A stretch of DNA of 64,000 nt from an uncultured Bifidobacteriaceae bacterium (GTDB lineage Bacteria > Verrucomicrobiota > Verrucomicrobiia > Limisphaerales > UBA11358). Under the pieces are notes generated by a model that did no database searches, was not told the DNA's origin, and worked only from the letters and a program-made list of their open reading frames with translations. Each line of letters opens with the position of its first letter. Position 1 is the first letter of the stretch. The stretch lies in the NCBI GenBank assembly GCA_964618545.1, contig CAZUBG010000001.1:2885-66884 (forward strand), written 5' to 3'. Shown here in pieces: positions 1 through 9,875 of the stretch. The translations under genes and the position numbers were made by a program.

Positions 1-620
1 AGACTTGAGTCCAGGGGCGGATTCACCACGGCATTCGTAAAATCGCTGCGCATGGATGAGCCGTCGACAAACATGAGTTCGGTGCCGGCCAGGGAAAAAT
101 CATTCGTGGCCAGCCGGAGCCGTAATTCCGGCATCATTTGGCGAGCGAAGGCGCTTTTGGGCTGGAGCGCGAACCGCCAGTCACCGTTCGTTTCGGTGAG
201 TGACAGCAGTTGAAACTGCGCTTCGAATTCCCGGCGGTCGTGCGGAAAACCGGCCTGCAACAGTGACATGGTGTCGCGCCATTGTTGGGGGGTATTGGTG
301 CCGAGCGAATAGCGTTCCGCCCGTTTGAGGAGTGGGTAAACCACGAACATTTCATCACCATTGCGCAGGGCCATGGTGCGGGCGGGCCGCCCCAGTTCCC
401 AGCGAAAATCATGCGGCGCGGCAAAGACCAGGCGGCCATTCACCACGAGGGGCTGGGTGAGCGTTTTCAACGTGCGGGTTTGCACAAAGTCCGCAGTCCA
501 GGTGTGCAAATTGGTTTGGGCGGCAAACCAAGCGTCCAGCACAGTGTTGGGGTCCGCCGCGCGACCGGGCAGGCACCCGGGACCAAGCGCCAAGCACCAT
601 AAAAAAACTCCAAATTTCAA
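1..620 (-). CDS. LolA-like outer-membrane lipoprotein carrier family protein (3' end runs off the window; not in the ORF track)
   Basis: My own minus-strand translation is open to the window edge: ...DPNTVLDAWFAAQTNLHTWTADFVQTRTLKTLTQPLVVNGRLVFAAPHDFRWELGRPARTMALRNGDEMFVVYPLLKRAERYSLG...VVNPPLDSS. The F-x-Q...G-x-L...P-x-x-F-R-W pattern is LolA-like. A hydrophobic N-terminus (KFGVFLWCLALGPGC) follows a TTG at 618-620. The start is uncertain. Confidence 0.5.
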   Translation of the reverse strand, partial: MKFGVFLWCLALGPGCLPGRAADPNTVLDAWFAAQTNLHTWTADFVQTRTLKTLTQPLVVNGRLVFAAPHDFRWELGRPARTMALRNGDEMFVVYPLLKRAERYSLGTNTPQQWRDTMSLLQAGFPHDRREFEAQFQLLSLTETNGDWRFALQPKSAFARQMMPELRLRLATNDFSLAGTELMFVDGSSMRSDFTNAVVNPPLDSS

Positions 621-790
621 GCTCCAGATTTCAAAGAAATTCCAAGGTCCAAGCCTCAAGCAGATGCATTTCAGCGGTTGACTGGTGCAAAGCGCGGCCA
701 CACAACTGTTGTAAGACGGCCGATTTTTGAAACTTGAAGTTTGAAGTTTCATTGAATTTCGGATTTTGGATTTTGCAGTTTCCCCGGCGT
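601..790. repeat. A/T-rich TCCAA/TTGGA-type imperfect inverted repeat element in the intergenic spacer
   Basis: Left arm 601-660 (ctccaaatttcaagctccagatttcaaagaaattccaaggtccaagc) faces right arm 721-790 (ttgaaacttgaagtttgaagtttcattgaatttcggattttggattttgcag). The same motif class recurs at 16361-16378 and 21441-21535. Confidence 0.5.
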
Positions 791-3700
791 CCATACTGGA
801 ACAAAATGAAACCATTGGGTGGCATGTTGCCGGATGACCGGCTCGAACGCACGCAGGATTTCCTGGGTCAACCCGAGCCGCGCCGCGCGGTTGCCGATGG
901 CGAGACGGTCATAGGCGATTTCCGGCAAAATTTGCGCTCGATACCCGCCCGTCGCGCGCACGATAAACACCGGCACGACGGCGCATCCGGTGGCGCGCGC
1001 CAGCTCGGCGGCGGCGATGGAGGCGGCGAATGGCCGACCGAATAAACTGACTTCCACCGCTGTCGAGGCTGGCGGACGATCCACGAGCAACGCCACGGTG
1101 GCTCCTTGATTCAGCCGTTTGATGATTTCGATGAAGGCAAAGGCATCTTCACCCACCACGAGGGTTTCAACCCCCCGGCGGGTGCGCGACGCCTCGCGCA
1201 GGGCGGTCAGGCCAGGATCAGGTTCGGTTTGCGTGAGCACCAGCAGTTTACAGCCGTGTTGCGCCATGAAAGCGCCCCCGAGTTCCCAGTTGCCCAAATG
1301 CGGAGTGACCAGCAGAACGCCGCGTCCGCGCGCCGCAGCGGCCTGGAAAATCTCCCAACCGCTCCAATTCACAAACCAATCGGTGGCGGTCTCCCCGCCC
1401 TCGTAGCGCCATAAATCCGCCAGCTTAAGCGCAAATTCCGTGATTAACCGGCGCGCCGCCTGCGCGGCCCGCCGGCGGTCGCCCGCAAAGACCGGCGTTA
1501 AATTTTGGATGACAATTTCGCGGCGGTGTGCGGCCAGATGCCAGTAGAGGGCGGCGGCGGATTTGGCGAGCGCATCGAAAAGCGGCTTGGGCAAAAACCG
1601 CGTCAAGACCAGGCCGGTCCGCCAGAGGCGCGCACAGTAAAATTGCGAGGGGGCGGAATGGCGGGCGGCCGGGGCGGACAGTTTCTTATTCTGGACCAAA
1701 TATTTCCACCAACCCGGCAGCAGGAAAACGGAAAACAGCATGTTGCCGGCGATGCCCACGGCACAAACCCGACCGAGGCTGGACATCCCGGCGTTGTTCG
1801 ACAAACCGAGCGAGCCGAAACCGGTGATCGCGGTGGCACCACAGAGCAGCAGGGCGCGGCCAACCGAACGGTGGGCCAGCCGCAGGTCGCCGCCATGCCG
1901 CCGCAAGGCGAGCTGCATGAAGATGCTGTAGTCCACCCCCGTGCCGAGAATCAGTGGCAGCGCCATGAGGTTAAGCAGATTCCACTCCCAGCCAAAAATC
2001 TTCATCACCGCGAGCAGGCACAACCCGCTCAATGCCAGCACCGCCAGGCTCGCGAAAACTTCTGTGAACCGGCGAAAGGCCAGCCAGAGGGACAACAAAA
2101 TCAGGGCGGCCATGGGCGGCAACAACTTCCAAAGGTTTTGTTTGACGGCCGCCAGAACCGTTCCGCCCAGCAATTCCCAGCCGGACAGGCAGACCCCGTC
2201 ATGAGTTAATTTTGAATCGAGTTCGGCAAAGGTGGTTGCCCCCCGGGGGGAAGGGTAAAGAAATCCGGCGGCGAAAAAGTGTTGCGGTTCCCGCGCCGCA
2301 ATTTTTTCAAAAATCCACGAACAGAGCGGATTGTCCGGCCAGTATACATTCGTCTGTGCGGCGGCGATTCGCCACGTTTCCAAAATGCCCCGGGTCAGGC
2401 CGAGCGCCTCTTCGGAAAAGCCGCTCGCCAGTGCGGCCGCGCGCAGGGTCTCCAGTTCTCCGGCCAGCCGCAGGGCGGTGGCGCGATTGGCCGACTGAAA
2501 TCCCGGTTGCGGCCAGAGCTGGTCGGGCAGCGTGAAGCCGGCCAGCGTTTGATTGGAAACCGCGGCCTCGAGCACCGGCAAAACCAACTGGAGTTTTTGG
2601 GCCACCTCGGTTTCATTGTGCCCGGAAATGATCAGCCAGAGGGGATCGCGCTTTTGTCCCAGGTTTTCCCTGATGGTGTTCAGCATGGCATAGGCCTGGC
2701 TGTCGCGGGGTTGCAGGGCGTTTGCGCTGGCATCCATTTGTGGCAGTCCCGAAAACAAAATCGCCACACCGGATAAAACCAAAATCCCCGTGGCCAGGAA
2801 GACGATTTGGAGATGCAGCGGATTGAGCGGGGCGGAGGGCCGGCCAACCATGGCCAACCCGGGGTCAGTCGCCTGGGACTGCACCCGGTTGGGAAACAGT
2901 GGCGGGAGAAAGGCGAAGATCATCACACACGCGGAAAGTGCCACCCCGATGCCCACGAGCGAACCGAGTTGGGCCAGACCGGGCAGACCTCCAAAATTTA
3001 AAATGAGAAAGGCCGAGATCGTGGTGACCGCCGCCCAAAAGATGCTGGGCGCAATGGCCCGGCGAATTTCAGGGATGGACAACCCCGGTTGCGCGAGGGC
3101 CTCCTGATAATGAACCACGGCATAATCCACCGCCAGCCCCAGCAGGATCGCGGCGAACCCCATGCTGATGACGTTGATGGCGCCAAAAATCAGTCCGCCG
3201 AGCCCCAGTGTCGCCGCCAGAATCAAGGCCAGCAGGGTCAGCAGCCAGAGCATGGGTTTCAACCGCCGGTGGGCCAGCCAGAATAAAACCGCGATGATGA
3301 CGGACGTGCCGCCCACGGACCACATGATGTCATGCCTCATGCTGCCGGAAATTTCCGCCACGAACGCCGGCCGGCCCGTGTAGCCAACGGTGACTTTTCC
3401 ATCGGCTGACAGGGCGGTGGTGGTGATTTTTTTCACCGTTTCAAACCAGTCGGTGCATTCGCGGTAACCCGCCAGTTCACCGCGCGCCTTCACAAAAATG
3501 ATTCGGAACGTGCCGTCGGCGGATGCGAATAATTCCTGTCCCCGCCCAAAGGAGGGGGCCGCTCCAACGACGTCTTCAGGCAGTTGCGTCAGGCCGAATG
3601 GATCGTAACTGGACTGGGCGATTTCGGCGGGCGACAACGAAACGGCGAGCTGATCGCGGGTGGCGGCCAGTACGCTGGCCAGATTGGTTTCTGAAAGCCG

Positions 3701-4066
3701 GGCGGCGAGTTGCGCAAATTTTTCCGGGGGTTGATTCAGCCAGAGAAATCCAATGAGTTCGGTGGTTTGGTCCGGATGCTCCAACCACGGCGGCCGCCAG
3801 GTTGCGTCGGCAACCAAGTTGGTTTCCAGCAACAAGGATTTGGCCACTGCGGACGCCGCTTGTTCGGCCGTGTCGCGATCCGGCGCGTGCAGGCCGACAA
3901 TCAGCTCCCGGGCGTTGGAGAAATGTTTCTGATACAGTTTAAGACCCTGCACGGCGGGAACATTCGCAGGCAGCAAATCCAGCACCTCGGCATCAAAGTG
4001 CAAGCGGGCAAGTCCGGCGATGATCGGGACGAGCAGCGCCAGCCACCACCAGCGAAACCATTTCAC
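749..4066 (-). CDS. MMPL/RND-type exporter fused to a C-terminal LpxL/HtrB-type lysophospholipid acyltransferase
   Basis: Track ORF is 749..4174. A GTG at 4064-4066 overlaps the upstream gene's stop (GTGA) and directly precedes the first TM helix (KWFRWWWLALLVPIIAG). There are two multi-helix hydrophobic blocks typical of MMPL exporters. The C-terminal ~290 aa carry the acyltransferase H-x4-E box (VTPHLGNWELGG). Confidence 0.7.
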   Translation of the reverse strand: MKWFRWWWLALLVPIIAGLARLHFDAEVLDLLPANVPAVQGLKLYQKHFSNARELIVGLHAPDRDTAEQAASAVAKSLLLETNLVADATWRPPWLEHPDQTTELIGFLWLNQPPEKFAQLAARLSETNLASVLAATRDQLAVSLSPAEIAQSSYDPFGLTQLPEDVVGAAPSFGRGQELFASADGTFRIIFVKARGELAGYRECTDWFETVKKITTTALSADGKVTVGYTGRPAFVAEISGSMRHDIMWSVGGTSVIIAVLFWLAHRRLKPMLWLLTLLALILAATLGLGGLIFGAINVISMGFAAILLGLAVDYAVVHYQEALAQPGLSIPEIRRAIAPSIFWAAVTTISAFLILNFGGLPGLAQLGSLVGIGVALSACVMIFAFLPPLFPNRVQSQATDPGLAMVGRPSAPLNPLHLQIVFLATGILVLSGVAILFSGLPQMDASANALQPRDSQAYAMLNTIRENLGQKRDPLWLIISGHNETEVAQKLQLVLPVLEAAVSNQTLAGFTLPDQLWPQPGFQSANRATALRLAGELETLRAAALASGFSEEALGLTRGILETWRIAAAQTNVYWPDNPLCSWIFEKIAAREPQHFFAAGFLYPSPRGATTFAELDSKLTHDGVCLSGWELLGGTVLAAVKQNLWKLLPPMAALILLSLWLAFRRFTEVFASLAVLALSGLCLLAVMKIFGWEWNLLNLMALPLILGTGVDYSIFMQLALRRHGGDLRLAHRSVGRALLLCGATAITGFGSLGLSNNAGMSSLGRVCAVGIAGNMLFSVFLLPGWWKYLVQNKKLSAPAARHSAPSQFYCARLWRTGLVLTRFLPKPLFDALAKSAAALYWHLAAHRREIVIQNLTPVFAGDRRRAAQAARRLITEFALKLADLWRYEGGETATDWFVNWSGWEIFQAAAARGRGVLLVTPHLGNWELGGAFMAQHGCKLLVLTQTEPDPGLTALREASRTRRGVETLVVGEDAFAFIEIIKRLNQGATVALLVDRPPASTAVEVSLFGRPFAASIAAAELARATGCAVVPVFIVRATGGYRAQILPEIAYDRLAIGNRAARLGLTQEILRAFEPVIRQHATQWFHFVPVWTPGKLQNPKSEIQ

Positions 4067-4524
4067 GGGATAAATACACCCTCCAACTTTTCTCCGGTGC
4101 GTGGATTCTCCAACCGCCACGACTCGTCGCCCAGCCGGGTAAAGCGCCAGGATCCAGGCGGGTTTAACCCGCACAGCGTGCGGGGCAATTGAAACCAGGC
4201 GAAGCGGTCCGGAGGCGCGCCTTGTCCCTGCCAGGCATGCTCGTCCGCGCCGAATTCAATCTGCCATCGGTCCCCGGAAATCTGCGCGGTCACCAGCGGG
4301 AAAGGCAGCTTGGAAAACTGAATGAAGCAGTTGCCATTGGCGTTGGTGGCCAGAAGCAGATCCCCTGCCAGTTCCGGACGGTTCGCCGGGGGATTCCAAA
4401 CCGCCTGGCCCGATTGGACTTTCCAGCCGGGCGTGGAAAAATCGGCGGGGGGCATCGGGCCTGTCGTGCGGCAGCCGGCGCAAATCAACAGCAGCAAGGC
4501 CGGTGAAAGGAGGTTCGAAAGCAT
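4063..4524 (-). CDS. lipoprotein of unknown function
   Basis: Internal ATG of track ORF 4063..4878. The N-terminus MLSNLLSPALLLLICAGC has a signal peptide plus lipobox-like Cys. The ATG at 4522-4524 overlaps the stop of the upstream gene (ATGA). Confidence 0.6.
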   Translation of the reverse strand: MLSNLLSPALLLLICAGCRTTGPMPPADFSTPGWKVQSGQAVWNPPANRPELAGDLLLATNANGNCFIQFSKLPFPLVTAQISGDRWQIEFGADEHAWQGQGAPPDRFAWFQLPRTLCGLNPPGSWRFTRLGDESWRLENPRTGEKLEGVFIP

Positions 4525-5807
4525 CAGGCAATTCTGGTTTTTCGGGGGCGGCGCGGCCCGAAGGAAATGCGCGGCACCAGTGGCCAGCGCTTTTGAAGCT
4601 TGACGAGCAGGAAAAAACATTCCAATCGCCAGCGCAGGCGCCAGCCGCCTTCGAGCTCCCCGGCCAGGACGGCGTTTAGCGCGGAAGGCAGGTCGTGGTG
4701 ATTGCGCGGCTGCAAAAACAATTCCATGAACGGCGTGGTGTAATAATTCTCCACCACGCGCCAGTAAAACATCAGGCCCTTGCGAACACGCTGTTCGTAA
4801 CCGGCAAAGAGCCGCCAGTTGGGTTTTCCCTGCGCGATGGATTGATCCACGGTCTCGGCGGCAATTTTTCCCGACCACATGGCGAGAAAAACACCGGCGG
4901 AAAAAATCGGGTCCATGAACCCCGCGGCATCGCCCACCCGCAACAGACGGTGGCTGATAAAACTGCGGTTGTAATAGCTGAAATCGGTGGTCGTCTGCAG
5001 GTTGTTAAGCAGCCGCGCCTTTTCCATGCGTTCGTTTACGGCCGAACTGGATTCAACCCAGTGTCGAAAGATTTCTTCGGGCGAACCGCTGGCTTGGGAG
5101 AATTCATCCTTGTCAATGACGAGGCCGACACTGGTCTTCCCCGCGGAGACCGGGATGATCCAAAACCACTTGTTTTCGAGGCGGACAATCACGGTGTCAC
5201 CATCGGCCTCCCCGGAATCACGCCGGACATTTTCAAAATGGCCGAAGACCGCGAGTTTTTTCCATTTCGGATGCATCTCCCGAAGATTCTCCTGGTTGCC
5301 GGTGAGATTGCCGCGTCCGCTGGCGTCAATCAGATAGCCGGCTTGGAAATGGTGGGTTTGGCCATCTGGATCGCGCGCCTCAACCTTCACTCCATCCGCG
5401 TGCGAATCAAATTTGACGACCGCCCAGCCTTCGCGCACGTCAGCCCCGCAGGTCCGGGCGTGTTTGAGCAGAATGTGGTCAAACTTCGAGCGCTCGACCT
5501 GGATGGCTTCCGGCTCCCGATTGAAACTGCCCTCCCGGAATACGAACCGTGTGGCGACGGATTCGTTGCCCAGTTCAAATCGAGCCCCCAATTTTCTCGG
5601 AAACCCCTCCGCCTGCAGTGCGGGCAGCACTCCCATTTCGCGAAAAAGGGTCATGTTGCACGGAAGCAGTGATTCACCAATGTGAAAGCGCGGAAAAACC
5701 TCCTTTTCCAGAACCAGCACGCGCCGGCCCGCTCGTGAAAGAAAAGTGGCCGCGCTGCTACCTCCCGGGCCGCAACCAATCACCAACACATCATAAACCA
5801 ATGTCAT
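4524..5807 (-). CDS. FAD-dependent oxidoreductase (flavin halogenase / geranylgeranyl-reductase-like family)
   Basis: Rossmann dinucleotide motif YDVLVIGCGPGGS sits next to the ATG at 5805-5807 (the track ORF starts at a GTG at 5861). It also has the HIGESLLP and GDAAGFMDPIFSAG motifs typical of this flavoprotein family. Confidence 0.75.
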   Translation of the reverse strand: MTLVYDVLVIGCGPGGSSAATFLSRAGRRVLVLEKEVFPRFHIGESLLPCNMTLFREMGVLPALQAEGFPRKLGARFELGNESVATRFVFREGSFNREPEAIQVERSKFDHILLKHARTCGADVREGWAVVKFDSHADGVKVEARDPDGQTHHFQAGYLIDASGRGNLTGNQENLREMHPKWKKLAVFGHFENVRRDSGEADGDTVIVRLENKWFWIIPVSAGKTSVGLVIDKDEFSQASGSPEEIFRHWVESSSAVNERMEKARLLNNLQTTTDFSYYNRSFISHRLLRVGDAAGFMDPIFSAGVFLAMWSGKIAAETVDQSIAQGKPNWRLFAGYEQRVRKGLMFYWRVVENYYTTPFMELFLQPRNHHDLPSALNAVLAGELEGGWRLRWRLECFFLLVKLQKRWPLVPRISFGPRRPRKTRIA

Positions 5808-5976
5808 CAGCAATAAAGTTTTATTTATGAAATGACAATTGGCAAGCTTTGAAAATGCCACCCGGTGGGGTGCTCACCCCCTGCGTGGTTTTGGCAAACC
5901 TCGTCAACGCCCAACCGGCGCGGGCCTTGCCAAATGGTTCCGCGCCAATGTCACCGTGCCCGGTGTGCGGGCCGGT

Positions 5977-6423
5977 TCACGGCGCAATTTTATCACTCAC
6001 CCATTGGCGGGCTTCGGTAAAACTGGCCTGCAGTGAGGCATAGGCTTTTTTCGTGCCGTCCTTGACGCTGTCCCAAGTGGATTCCGTGGCGTTCTGGGCA
6101 TCAACCAACTGCTGGTTTAATTTCGCCTCCTGGTCGCGCAAAGCTTGCAGTTTGGGTTTGGCTTCAGCCTTGAGCGAGTCGCTGGCGTTGTCAATTTTAG
6201 CCGAGAGTTTGTCCAAATCCTGATTCAAGGCCGTCAACTGATCCTGCATGGATTTGACAAACTCCGCCCTCTCAGCGTAGGTGTAATCCTTCATGTCCTG
6301 GGCGGCTTGTTTGGTTTCGGTTTGAACCTTGTCAAGCTGTTGCGAGGCGGTTTGGTCTTTGTCGCACCCCGCCACCAACGCGGTGGTGGTCAGGAACATG
6401 AGAAACAACAGTTTATTTTTCAT
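5977..6423 (-). CDS. coiled-coil lipoprotein, unknown function (paralog of 60930..61376)
   Basis: Signal peptide plus lipobox (LVAGC). Heptad-rich sequence. Shares a Y-x-Y-E-R-x-E-F-V ... KLQxLRDQ ... ATxxxW ... VK pattern with the 60930..61376 product. Confidence 0.7.
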   Translation of the reverse strand: MKNKLLFLMFLTTTALVAGCDKDQTASQQLDKVQTETKQAAQDMKDYTYAERAEFVKSMQDQLTALNQDLDKLSAKIDNASDSLKAEAKPKLQALRDQEAKLNQQLVDAQNATESTWDSVKDGTKKAYASLQASFTEARQWVSDKIAP

Positions 6424-6682
6424 GACTTCAAGGATAACCCGGGGATCTTCGGGAAACTATGGGGTGAAACCCGACCCGGCGGAAAGAGAGAAACGGGCAA
6501 CCCCGTGTGCCGCGCTGATCCGCTGTTTGCGCCCGGACGGCACCATCTGCCTGCACCAAGCCCCTAATCCAAAGGCCCGACCCAGCGTTCTTCTCCATTG
6601 TCCGGTCTTCTCATTAAAGTCCACTTTTGTTCAAACAAAAAAATCTCCTTTAAAAAACTCCACGACACGCGCTCAACCCAAG

Positions 6683-6709
6683 CTTGACGAACCGCGCGTT
6701 CGGCCCCAT
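6683..6709 (+). promoter_or_regulatory. possible heat-shock (sigma32-like) promoter of clpB
   Basis: CTTGAC (6683-6688), a 15-nt spacer, then CCCCAT (6704-6709), ending only 9 nt before the clpB ATG. This resembles the CTTGAA-N13-15-CCCCATnT consensus known from proteobacteria. Confidence 0.3.
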
Positions 6710-6718
6710 TGATAAGGT

Positions 6719-9325
6719 ATGCAATTGGAAAAGTTCACGCAAAAATCCCAGGAGGCGTTGACCGAGGCACAACGCCTCGCGCGCGACTATTCGCACCAGG
6801 AAATGGACGGCGAGCATCTGGCGCTGGCGCTCATCGGCCAGACGGACAGTCTGATCCCGGATTTGTTGGAGCGCATCGGGGTGCCGGTGGCCCGGCTCAA
6901 GCCGGATTTGGAGGCCGAACTGGCACGCCGGCACAAAGTGCAGGGTGCAGGCGACCCCTATGCCGGCGGTGATTTAACAAAGGCGCTGGAGGCGGCACAG
7001 TCCGAGGCCGTCAAACTCAAGGATGAGTATGTCAGCACGGAATTGTTGCTGCTGGGCCTGATCGAAGGCGGCGGATCCTCGCTGAAAAAGATTTTTGCCA
7101 AACACGGTTTAAAGCGGGATGCCGTCCTCAAGGCACTGGTGGAACTGCGCGGCAACCAGCGGGTGACGGACCCGCAGCCGGAAGCCAAGTTCCAGGCGCT
7201 GGACAAGTACGGGCGCGACCTCACGGCGCTGGCCCGGCAGGGCAAGATTGACCCGGTGATCGGGCGGGATGAGGAGATCCGGCGCGTGATGCAGGTACTA
7301 ACGCGCCGGACAAAGAATAATCCGGTGCTGATCGGCGAGCCCGGCGTGGGCAAGACCGCCATCGCGGAGGGCCTGGCCCGGCGCATTGTCAGTGGCGACG
7401 TTCCGGAGTCGCTCAAAAACAAGCGGTTGGTGGCGATGGACCTGAGCGCGATGATCGCCGGGGCAAAATACCGCGGCGAGTTCGAGGACCGGCTCAAGGC
7501 GTTTTTGAAGGAGATCACCGCCAGCGAGGGCAAGATCATTTTGTTCATTGATGAACTCCACACGATCGTCGGAGCCGGGGCGGCGGAAGGGGCCACGGAC
7601 GCGGCAAACATCATGAAACCGCAACTGGCACGGGGCGAGCTGCGCTGCGTGGGGGCCACCACGCTGGATGAATACCGCAAGCACATCGAAAAGGATCCCG
7701 CGCTGGAACGCCGGTTCCAACCCGTGCTGGTGGCGGAACCCACCGTGGAGGCCACCATCGCCATTCTGCGCGGGCTCAAGGAGCGGTACGAGGTGCATCA
7801 CGGCGTGCGGATTCAGGACACCGCCCTGGTGGCCGCCGCCACGTTATCGAACCGCTATCTCACCGACCGGTTTCTCCCTGACAAGGCCATTGACCTCGTG
7901 GATGAGGCGGCCTCGCGCATCAAAATGGAACTGGATTCCAAGCCCACGGAACTGGACCAGTTGGACCGGCAGAGCCTGCAATTGCAGATCGAACGCACCT
8001 CGCTGGCCAAGGAAAAGGACCCCGCCAGCAAGGAACGCTTGAAACGCATCGAGGCGGACCTGGCGAATTTGAAGGAAAAATCCGCCGCCCTGACCGCACA
8101 GTGGCAAAATGAAAAAGCCGCCATCCAGGCCGTCAGCATCGTGCAATCCCAGTTGGAAGCGGCACGCACGGAATTGGAGCAGGCCCGGCGCGCGGGCGAT
8201 TTGACCAAGTCCGCCGAAATCCAGTACGGCAAGATTCCCGATTTGGAAAAGAAACTGGCGATGGTGGAAAAGCAATCGGCGCAGAGTCCGGCGCGGAACG
8301 CGTTGCTCCGCCAGGAAGTCACAGCCGAGGACATTGCCAATGTGGTCTCCGCATGGACCCACATTCCAGTGACGCGGATGCTGGAGGGCGAACGCCAGAA
8401 ACTGGTCAAGATGGAGGAACGCCTGGCCCAACGAGTGGTGGGCCAGGCGGCCGCCATCAAGGCGGTTTCGGACGCCGTCCGGCGCGCGCGCAGCGGGTTG
8501 CAGGACCCGAACCGCCCCATCGGCTCGTTTATTTTCCTCGGCCCCACCGGTGTGGGCAAAACCGAGACGGCCCGCGCCCTGGCGGAATTTTTGTTCGACG
8601 ACGAAAACGCCCTGCTGCGCATTGACATGAGCGAATACCAGGAAAAGCACACCGTCGCCCGGCTCATCGGCGCGCCGCCCGGATATGTGGGCTACGAGGA
8701 GGGCGGCCAGCTCAGCGAAGCCGTCCGCCGCCGGCCCTATGCCGTGGTGCTGTTCGATGAAATTGAGAAAGCCCATCCCGATGTGTTCAACGTGCTGCTG
8801 CAAGTTTTGGATGACGGCCGGCTCACCGATGGGCAGGGACGGACCGTGGATTTTAAGAACACCATTGTCATCATGACCAGCAACCTGGGCTCGCCCATCA
8901 TCCAGGAATATTTTCTGGATTCACAGAAGACCATGGGGGCGCGGCAGACCATGGAGGACAAGGTGATGGCCGAATTGAAGCGCCATTTCCGTCCGGAATT
9001 TTTGAATCGCGTGGACGATGTCATCATCTTCCAGAGCCTGGATGAGGACGAATTGACCCAGATCGTGGATTTCCAACTCACCCGGCTGAGCGCGCGACTG
9101 GCACAACAACAACTCACGCTGGAACTCAATCCGGCCGCCAAGAAACTGCTGGCGCGGGAGGGATACGATCCGCAATTTGGCGCGCGCCCAATCAAGCGGG
9201 CGATTCAGGAGCAACTGCTCAACCCACTCTCCCTGCGCCTGCTGGAAGGGAGTTTCAAGCCCGGAGACAACATCCAGGTGGGGGTGAAGGGGGACGAACT
9301 GCGGTTTGATAAGAAAAACGGTTGA
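6719..9325 (+). CDS. clpB: ATP-dependent chaperone/disaggregase ClpB
   Basis: 868 aa. Clp N-domain, two AAA+ modules ([15 protein letters not shown] and [15 protein letters not shown]), and a long middle coiled coil between them. Confidence 0.97.
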   Translation: MQLEKFTQKSQEALTEAQRLARDYSHQEMDGEHLALALIGQTDSLIPDLLERIGVPVARLKPDLEAELARRHKVQGAGDPYAGGDLTKALEAAQSEAVKLKDEYVSTELLLLGLIEGGGSSLKKIFAKHGLKRDAVLKALVELRGNQRVTDPQPEAKFQALDKYGRDLTALARQGKIDPVIGRDEEIRRVMQVLTRRTKNNPVLIGEPGVGKTAIAEGLARRIVSGDVPESLKNKRLVAMDLSAMIAGAKYRGEFEDRLKAFLKEITASEGKIILFIDELHTIVGAGAAEGATDAANIMKPQLARGELRCVGATTLDEYRKHIEKDPALERRFQPVLVAEPTVEATIAILRGLKERYEVHHGVRIQDTALVAAATLSNRYLTDRFLPDKAIDLVDEAASRIKMELDSKPTELDQLDRQSLQLQIERTSLAKEKDPASKERLKRIEADLANLKEKSAALTAQWQNEKAAIQAVSIVQSQLEAARTELEQARRAGDLTKSAEIQYGKIPDLEKKLAMVEKQSAQSPARNALLRQEVTAEDIANVVSAWTHIPVTRMLEGERQKLVKMEERLAQRVVGQAAAIKAVSDAVRRARSGLQDPNRPIGSFIFLGPTGVGKTETARALAEFLFDDENALLRIDMSEYQEKHTVARLIGAPPGYVGYEEGGQLSEAVRRRPYAVVLFDEIEKAHPDVFNVLLQVLDDGRLTDGQGRTVDFKNTIVIMTSNLGSPIIQEYFLDSQKTMGARQTMEDKVMAELKRHFRPEFLNRVDDVIIFQSLDEDELTQIVDFQLTRLSARLAQQQLTLELNPAAKKLLAREGYDPQFGARPIKRAIQEQLLNPLSLRLLEGSFKPGDNIQVGVKGDELRFDKKNG

Positions 9326-9374
9326 ATGAACCGGCGGCGGTGGTAAAATCATCCACGGACGCAATAGTAAAACC

Positions 9375-9818
9375 ATGAAATCCACGCTCCTGCTTCTGAG
9401 TTTGTTCCTGCCCCTGGCCGGCTGGTCCCAAACCTACACCATTGATTGGTACAAGATCGCCGGGGGTGGCGGCACCAGCACGGGCGGGACGTATCAGGTC
9501 AGCGGCACCATCGGCCAGACAGAGGCCGGCGTGGCGATGACCGGCGGCAGCTATTCTTTAACCGGAGGATTTTGGAGTATTATTTCCGTGGTGCAGTCGG
9601 CAGGCGTGCCGAAACTGATCATCGTGCCCAATGGGTCGAACAGCGTGAAGATCCTCTGGCCGGACACCGGGACCTACACCCTGCAACAAAACAGCAATCT
9701 TTCCGTTTCGTCCGGGTGGACGGCGAGCAGTTACACCGTCACCCCCGCCAACGGCACGAACAGCGTCACCATCACGCCGCCGTCGGGGAACCTGTTCTTT
9801 CGCCTGTCCAATCCCTAA
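9375..9818 (+). CDS. secreted hypothetical protein
   Basis: Signal peptide MKSTLLLLSLFLPLAGWSQ, Gly/Thr-rich segments (GGGGTSTGGTYQVSGTIGQ, YSLTGGFW), and a C-terminal ...LFFRLSNP. Confidence 0.55.
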   Translation: MKSTLLLLSLFLPLAGWSQTYTIDWYKIAGGGGTSTGGTYQVSGTIGQTEAGVAMTGGSYSLTGGFWSIISVVQSAGVPKLIIVPNGSNSVKILWPDTGTYTLQQNSNLSVSSGWTASSYTVTPANGTNSVTITPPSGNLFFRLSNP

Positions 9819-9875
9819 CCCGGCCGTAGTTTCGGTGCTGGAAACGTTTGCCGGGGTTGGCAAAACAGCGTTTTT

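Noticed and set aside
7626-7641. TGGCAC-N7-GCT sigma54-like match inside clpB; a similar one lies at 49879..49894 inside otsA-otsB
   Set aside because: Both are inside well-supported coding sequence, and both lack the terminal A shared by the four intergenic sites. They are consistent with the background rate expected in GC-rich DNA.
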